A stretch of DNA of 63,957 nucleotides, the filler included, from Trypethelium eluteriae (Eukaryota), in NCBI GenBank assembly GCA_051942245.1. It is 3 parts of 3 records of this genome, joined end to end, with 100 filler letters (N's around TTAATTAATTAA, not from the genome) between each part and the next. Parts side by side here need not be neighbours in the genome. Positions count along the whole stretch, not along the records: positions 46,732 to 63,957 come from JAVECL010000596.1; 2 more parts are not named here. The stretch is one strand, 5' to 3'. Of this stretch, positions 61,959-63,957 are shown one piece after another (position 1 is the stretch's first letter; each line of letters starts with the position of its first letter). A model generated the notes under the pieces. That model did not search any database and was not told the DNA's origin. It saw nothing but the letters and a program-made list of their open reading frames with translations. The position numbers and the translations under genes were made by a program.

Positions 61959-63302
61959 ATGAAAAATATCACAAACACTCTCTTCTGGGCAGCTATTCTG
62001 ATACTTGATGTTACTTTCGCTTCACAGTCGGCGGTTACCAGAAGCAAAACATGCGTAATTCCTTCCAGATACGGGGCTTCCAACGGCTCAGCCGACGATT
62101 CACCAGCAATTGCGGCAGCATTCCAAGAATGCTCGCAAAATGCAGAGATTACCTTCAGTGAAGGAGTAGACTATAACGTCTTCAATCCCATCAGCGCCAA
62201 AAACTTGTCCAATGTGGCCATCAACTTACAGGGAAACCTTCATCTGCCCCAGAATGTCACTGCGGTACAGACCATCGTCAACGCAAGCTCGTCAGGAAAT
62301 GCTTACTGGTTTACTTTCTCTGGGCCATCAATAGATTACACCGGCTCGAAGAATGTATCCAATGGATGGATCTATTCGTACGGTCAAGCATGGTGGGATG
62401 CTAATCCTGTCAATGGAACCGGGATCGGCGGCCGTCCCCATCTGATGAGCTTCAGTACTACAAATGGATCTATGCAATCATTCAAGTCGAGGAAGCCTAT
62501 AGCCTGGAATGTCCAGCTCACTGGCTCCAACGTCAGCGTAAGCGACACCATTATCGACGCGTATTCGACGACCGGTAGCTTCCCCTTCAACACGGACGGC
62601 TTCGACGTTACCGGCACCGACATAACCATTACCAATAGTGTCATCTACAATGGTGACGATGCTATTGCTGTCCAGTCCGGCTCACACAATGTCCTCTTCA
62701 CCAACGGTGTCATAGGTTACCAATCGCATGGCATGAGCATAGGCTCTCTCGGACAAGATCAATCCAAGTTTGCCAATGTCTCGAATATTCGGTTCGACGA
62801 TGTTACGGCCATCAATTCGGTTTATGGTGCTCGTTTCAAATCATGGCTTGGAGGTCAGGGTCTCGCGAAAAACATCACCTGGTCCAACATCCGTCTCTAC
62901 AACGTCACATTTCCCATATTTGTAACACAGACTTATTTCAACCAGGGTTCCAATCAGACTCAACTTGAGAATGGTACTACGACGGGAAGGCCGAATAACT
63001 CTACCGTCAATATGATGGATTTCACGTGGGTGAATTTTACTGGGACCATCAATACTTTTGCTCCGGGTGATGGGAGTTGTGTGACCGATCCGTGCTGGTA
63101 TGACCAAGGATTGCCTAATCTCAAGCATACTGAGGCCATTATCTTTGAGTGTAATACAAACGTATCTTGTCAAAATTTTCAAACAACCGGGATCGAGGTG
63201 TTTCCGCAGAGTTTAGAGGCGCCGACGGTGATCTGTTTAAATGCGACGAGCGAGTTGAATCCGATGCTGGGGTTCAACTGTGTTAATGGAACTCTAACTT
63301 AG
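61959..63302 (+). CDS. Secreted glycoside hydrolase family 28 (RgxB-like exo-rhamnogalacturonase / alpha-L-rhamnosidase group)
   Basis: 447 aa with a signal peptide and many N-glycosylation sequons. GH28 catalytic motifs [24 protein letters not shown] and ARFKSW. C-terminal [13 protein letters not shown]. Confidence 0.92.
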   Translation: MKNITNTLFWAAILILDVTFASQSAVTRSKTCVIPSRYGASNGSADDSPAIAAAFQECSQNAEITFSEGVDYNVFNPISAKNLSNVAINLQGNLHLPQNVTAVQTIVNASSSGNAYWFTFSGPSIDYTGSKNVSNGWIYSYGQAWWDANPVNGTGIGGRPHLMSFSTTNGSMQSFKSRKPIAWNVQLTGSNVSVSDTIIDAYSTTGSFPFNTDGFDVTGTDITITNSVIYNGDDAIAVQSGSHNVLFTNGVIGYQSHGMSIGSLGQDQSKFANVSNIRFDDVTAINSVYGARFKSWLGGQGLAKNITWSNIRLYNVTFPIFVTQTYFNQGSNQTQLENGTTTGRPNNSTVNMMDFTWVNFTGTINTFAPGDGSCVTDPCWYDQGLPNLKHTEAIIFECNTNVSCQNFQTTGIEVFPQSLEAPTVICLNATSELNPMLGFNCVNGTLT

Positions 63303-63730
63303 CGATTTTAGTAGGGAATGAGGATAGTAAACTTGTACCTAGCCAGTCTTTTTCTATGGATCGATAGCAAAATGAGAGCCAGCTTGTTTAGAAGGAGAGG
63401 CGTAAGTTAAAAGACAAAATGAGAGCAGTCGCCGCTCGTTATTCCAAAAATGAGCGTTCCGTATGTCCCTTAGAAGATACAATATCTCTAGGAGACCGCG
63501 ATACGGAAGTATTATCGGAGGTATCATCACACTTGTATCCATTCGCGATGGTTTTCTCCTTGTCATGGTTCATGTCGGGGAGCGAGTTGAATAATTAGCA
63601 CCGCCACATGAACGTCTTCAACACCGAATAACTAGCCACACTTACATCAACGCGTCTGCAAACACTCGCCCACCATCACCTTTCTCCACCGTGACTGGCC
63701 CCGCCACCTGGTCAGATCCTAGAATCGGCC

Positions 63731-63868
63731 ATGGCAGAAAATGCTCCCCCAGGTTCTGCCTCGAACACCTCAAACGACAATAGCACAAGAGGCATGCCGC
63801 ACTACGATAAACTCCGCAGTAACCTGCGCGACACCCTTGCCAAGAAACGCGCTCTGGATGCAAAAGTC
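63731..63868 (+). CDS. EAF6: Chromatin modification protein Eaf6 (NuA4 subunit), first exon; gene runs off the window
   Basis: GCCATGG start, translation MAENAPPGSASNTSNDNSTRGMPHYDKLRSNLRDTLAKKRALDAKV, then donor GTACGT at 63869. The motif RG.P.Y.KLR..LRDTL.KKR.LD is characteristic of filamentous-fungal Eaf6. Confidence 0.8.
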
Positions 63869-63957
63869 GTACGTCCTTCTCCATTCCCTGCCTTCCCTCC
63901 CGAAAGCTCCCTCCATTCAATCCCGAAGACCTCCCTCAATCCCCTAATTGCCACCTA

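Overview
This is a gene-dense 64-kb scaffold segment from a filamentous ascomycete (Pezizomycotina), judged from short GT-AG introns with CTRAC branch points and fungal gene families. About 22 protein-coding genes can be modelled: an ankyrin/RCC1/BTB protein (runs off the left end), a probable REC114/Asy1 meiotic DSB factor, RSC9, a small SRPBCC-like protein, a flavin-reductase-like NAD(P)-binding protein, a coiled-coil hypothetical, BUD22, an SRPBCC protein, a YANK/STK32 kinase, a WDR89-like WD40 protein, a conserved hypothetical, a NACHT/NLR-like protein, a hydantoinase-DUF917 fusion, a large-subunit catalase, a GT31 glycosyltransferase, a 2OG-Fe(II) oxygenase, RRN3, a Caf120/Skg3-like PH protein, an EPR-1/BP1-like BAH-PHD protein, an NAD-dependent epimerase, a GH28 enzyme and the first exon of EAF6. 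Two 100-nt artificial gap linkers (N44-TTAATTAATTAA-N44) truncate three genes. I saw no tRNA, rRNA, CRISPR array or intact transposon. The most notable observations are (i) recurrent ~1-kb GC-rich islands that switch from C-rich to G-rich regardless of gene orientation and leave a mark on protein sequence, (ii) a repeat-less NLR-like gene directly followed by a decayed HET-domain relic, (iii) a hard-to-spot REC114 orthologue, and (iv) non-canonical GC-AG and GAG splice sites. All family calls come from motif recognition by eye, not database searches.
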